Part shown: positions 63,315 to 64,000 of the stretch, one piece after another
Position numbering within the stretch: position 1 is the first letter of the stretch
How the letters are laid out: the number at the start of each line of letters is the position of its first letter
DNA from: Lama guanicoe
Lineage: Eukaryota
Reading direction: 5' to 3'
DNA: 64,000 bases
NCBI GenBank assembly: GCA_013239625.1
Contig: MU056898.1
Span: 2,075,717-2,139,716 of the forward strand
Made by a program: the position numbers and the translations under genes
Notes under the pieces: model-generated
Seen by the model: the letters and a program-made list of their open reading frames with translations, nothing else
The model's database searches: none
What the model was told of the DNA's origin: nothing

Positions 63315-63400
63315 ACTGGTCCCCATTTTCCAGATAAGAGAACAGACTCGGAGCAGTCTAGGGACAAACCACCCCACAAGGCCAAGGTCAAGGGCAGAGG
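63315..63400 (-). mobile_element. MIR fragment
   Basis: tccccattttccagataagagaacagactcggag...gccaaggtcaag. Confidence 0.5.
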
Positions 63401-64000
63401 GCAGCCAGGGCACCTCAGGCTGGGGGGTCAGGTGGGCGTGGGCTCTGGTCCAGTGCCTTACTGCCAGGGCTCCTTCATCCCTGTCCAAGACCTTCAGGAT
63501 AAAGGAGCCTGTGTGGCCGCTCTGGGGACTGATGCGCTCACACAGGGGAGCCGGTGGCAGCCGACTGCCTGGGGCTGCACTCTGGGGCTGCGGGCAGGTG
63601 CCTGGCATTCTGGTCTCTGTAAAATGGGACGTGGGACAGCTCTCTACTCCTAGGGGTCACTCAGGGCTGGAGGTGCCCAGTGCATGTGAGCCATGACTCT
63701 CCTGAAAAGATGACAGCAATAATGGAACATGGACCTGTGCAGGCCCTGGGCCTGCCCTGCAGACAGCAGACGGGATGGGGTGAGGTGGGCTTTGGGGCAA
63801 AAGGCTGGCTGCACACAAGAGCTGGGCTAGGGGACAGGTCCTTAATCAAAGCTCCCTACCCCACCCCAGCCCTCCACCTTGCTCTGAGGAGCGGCCAAGG
63901 TCTTTCAGGAGCTCCTCCCTGGATGGGTGGGTGGATGGGGGCGGCATGGGCGTTGCCAGAGGGAACCAGCGAGAGGCAGGCCCCCCGCCAGTCACCCCAG

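Noticed and set aside
49700-64000. PDGFA or another protein-coding gene downstream
   Set aside because: No recognisable coding exons. The neighbour is inferred from human synteny only.

Overview
Very GC/CpG-rich mammalian genomic DNA, most likely from a camelid (two tRNA-Ala-derived Vic-1-type SINEs). It carries the 3' two-thirds of PRKAR1B (PKA type I-beta regulatory subunit) on the + strand: seven coding exons (human exons 5-11; 62/47/159/61/122/82/173 bp, all GT-AG and phase-compatible) encoding both cAMP-binding domains. The stop codon is at 48074-48076 and a likely ATTAAA poly(A) signal is at 49170. Bases 1-14894 are the distal part of intron 4, and about 49.2-64 kb is downstream intergenic DNA (towards PDGFA if human synteny holds). 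The rest is old, strongly GC-shifted repeats (L1M, MLT1, L2, MIR, MER33), simple repeats and a 22-N gap. Almost all ORFs in the track are chance ORFs. Most notable: (1) a 62-bp tandem triplication across the exon-7 splice acceptor, giving two extra upstream acceptors that each lead to a premature stop; (2) the most upstream copy has also gained a CAG|GTGACC donor and could act as an in-frame 21-nt microexon (VYVDGGQ); (3) a 111-bp, about 92% identical inverted repeat in intron 7 that I cannot assign to a known TE; (4) Pro-to-Ala next to the invariant cAMP-binding Arg of domain B. Exon and residue numbering and repeat-family names come from my recollection of the human gene and repeat consensi, not from a search.
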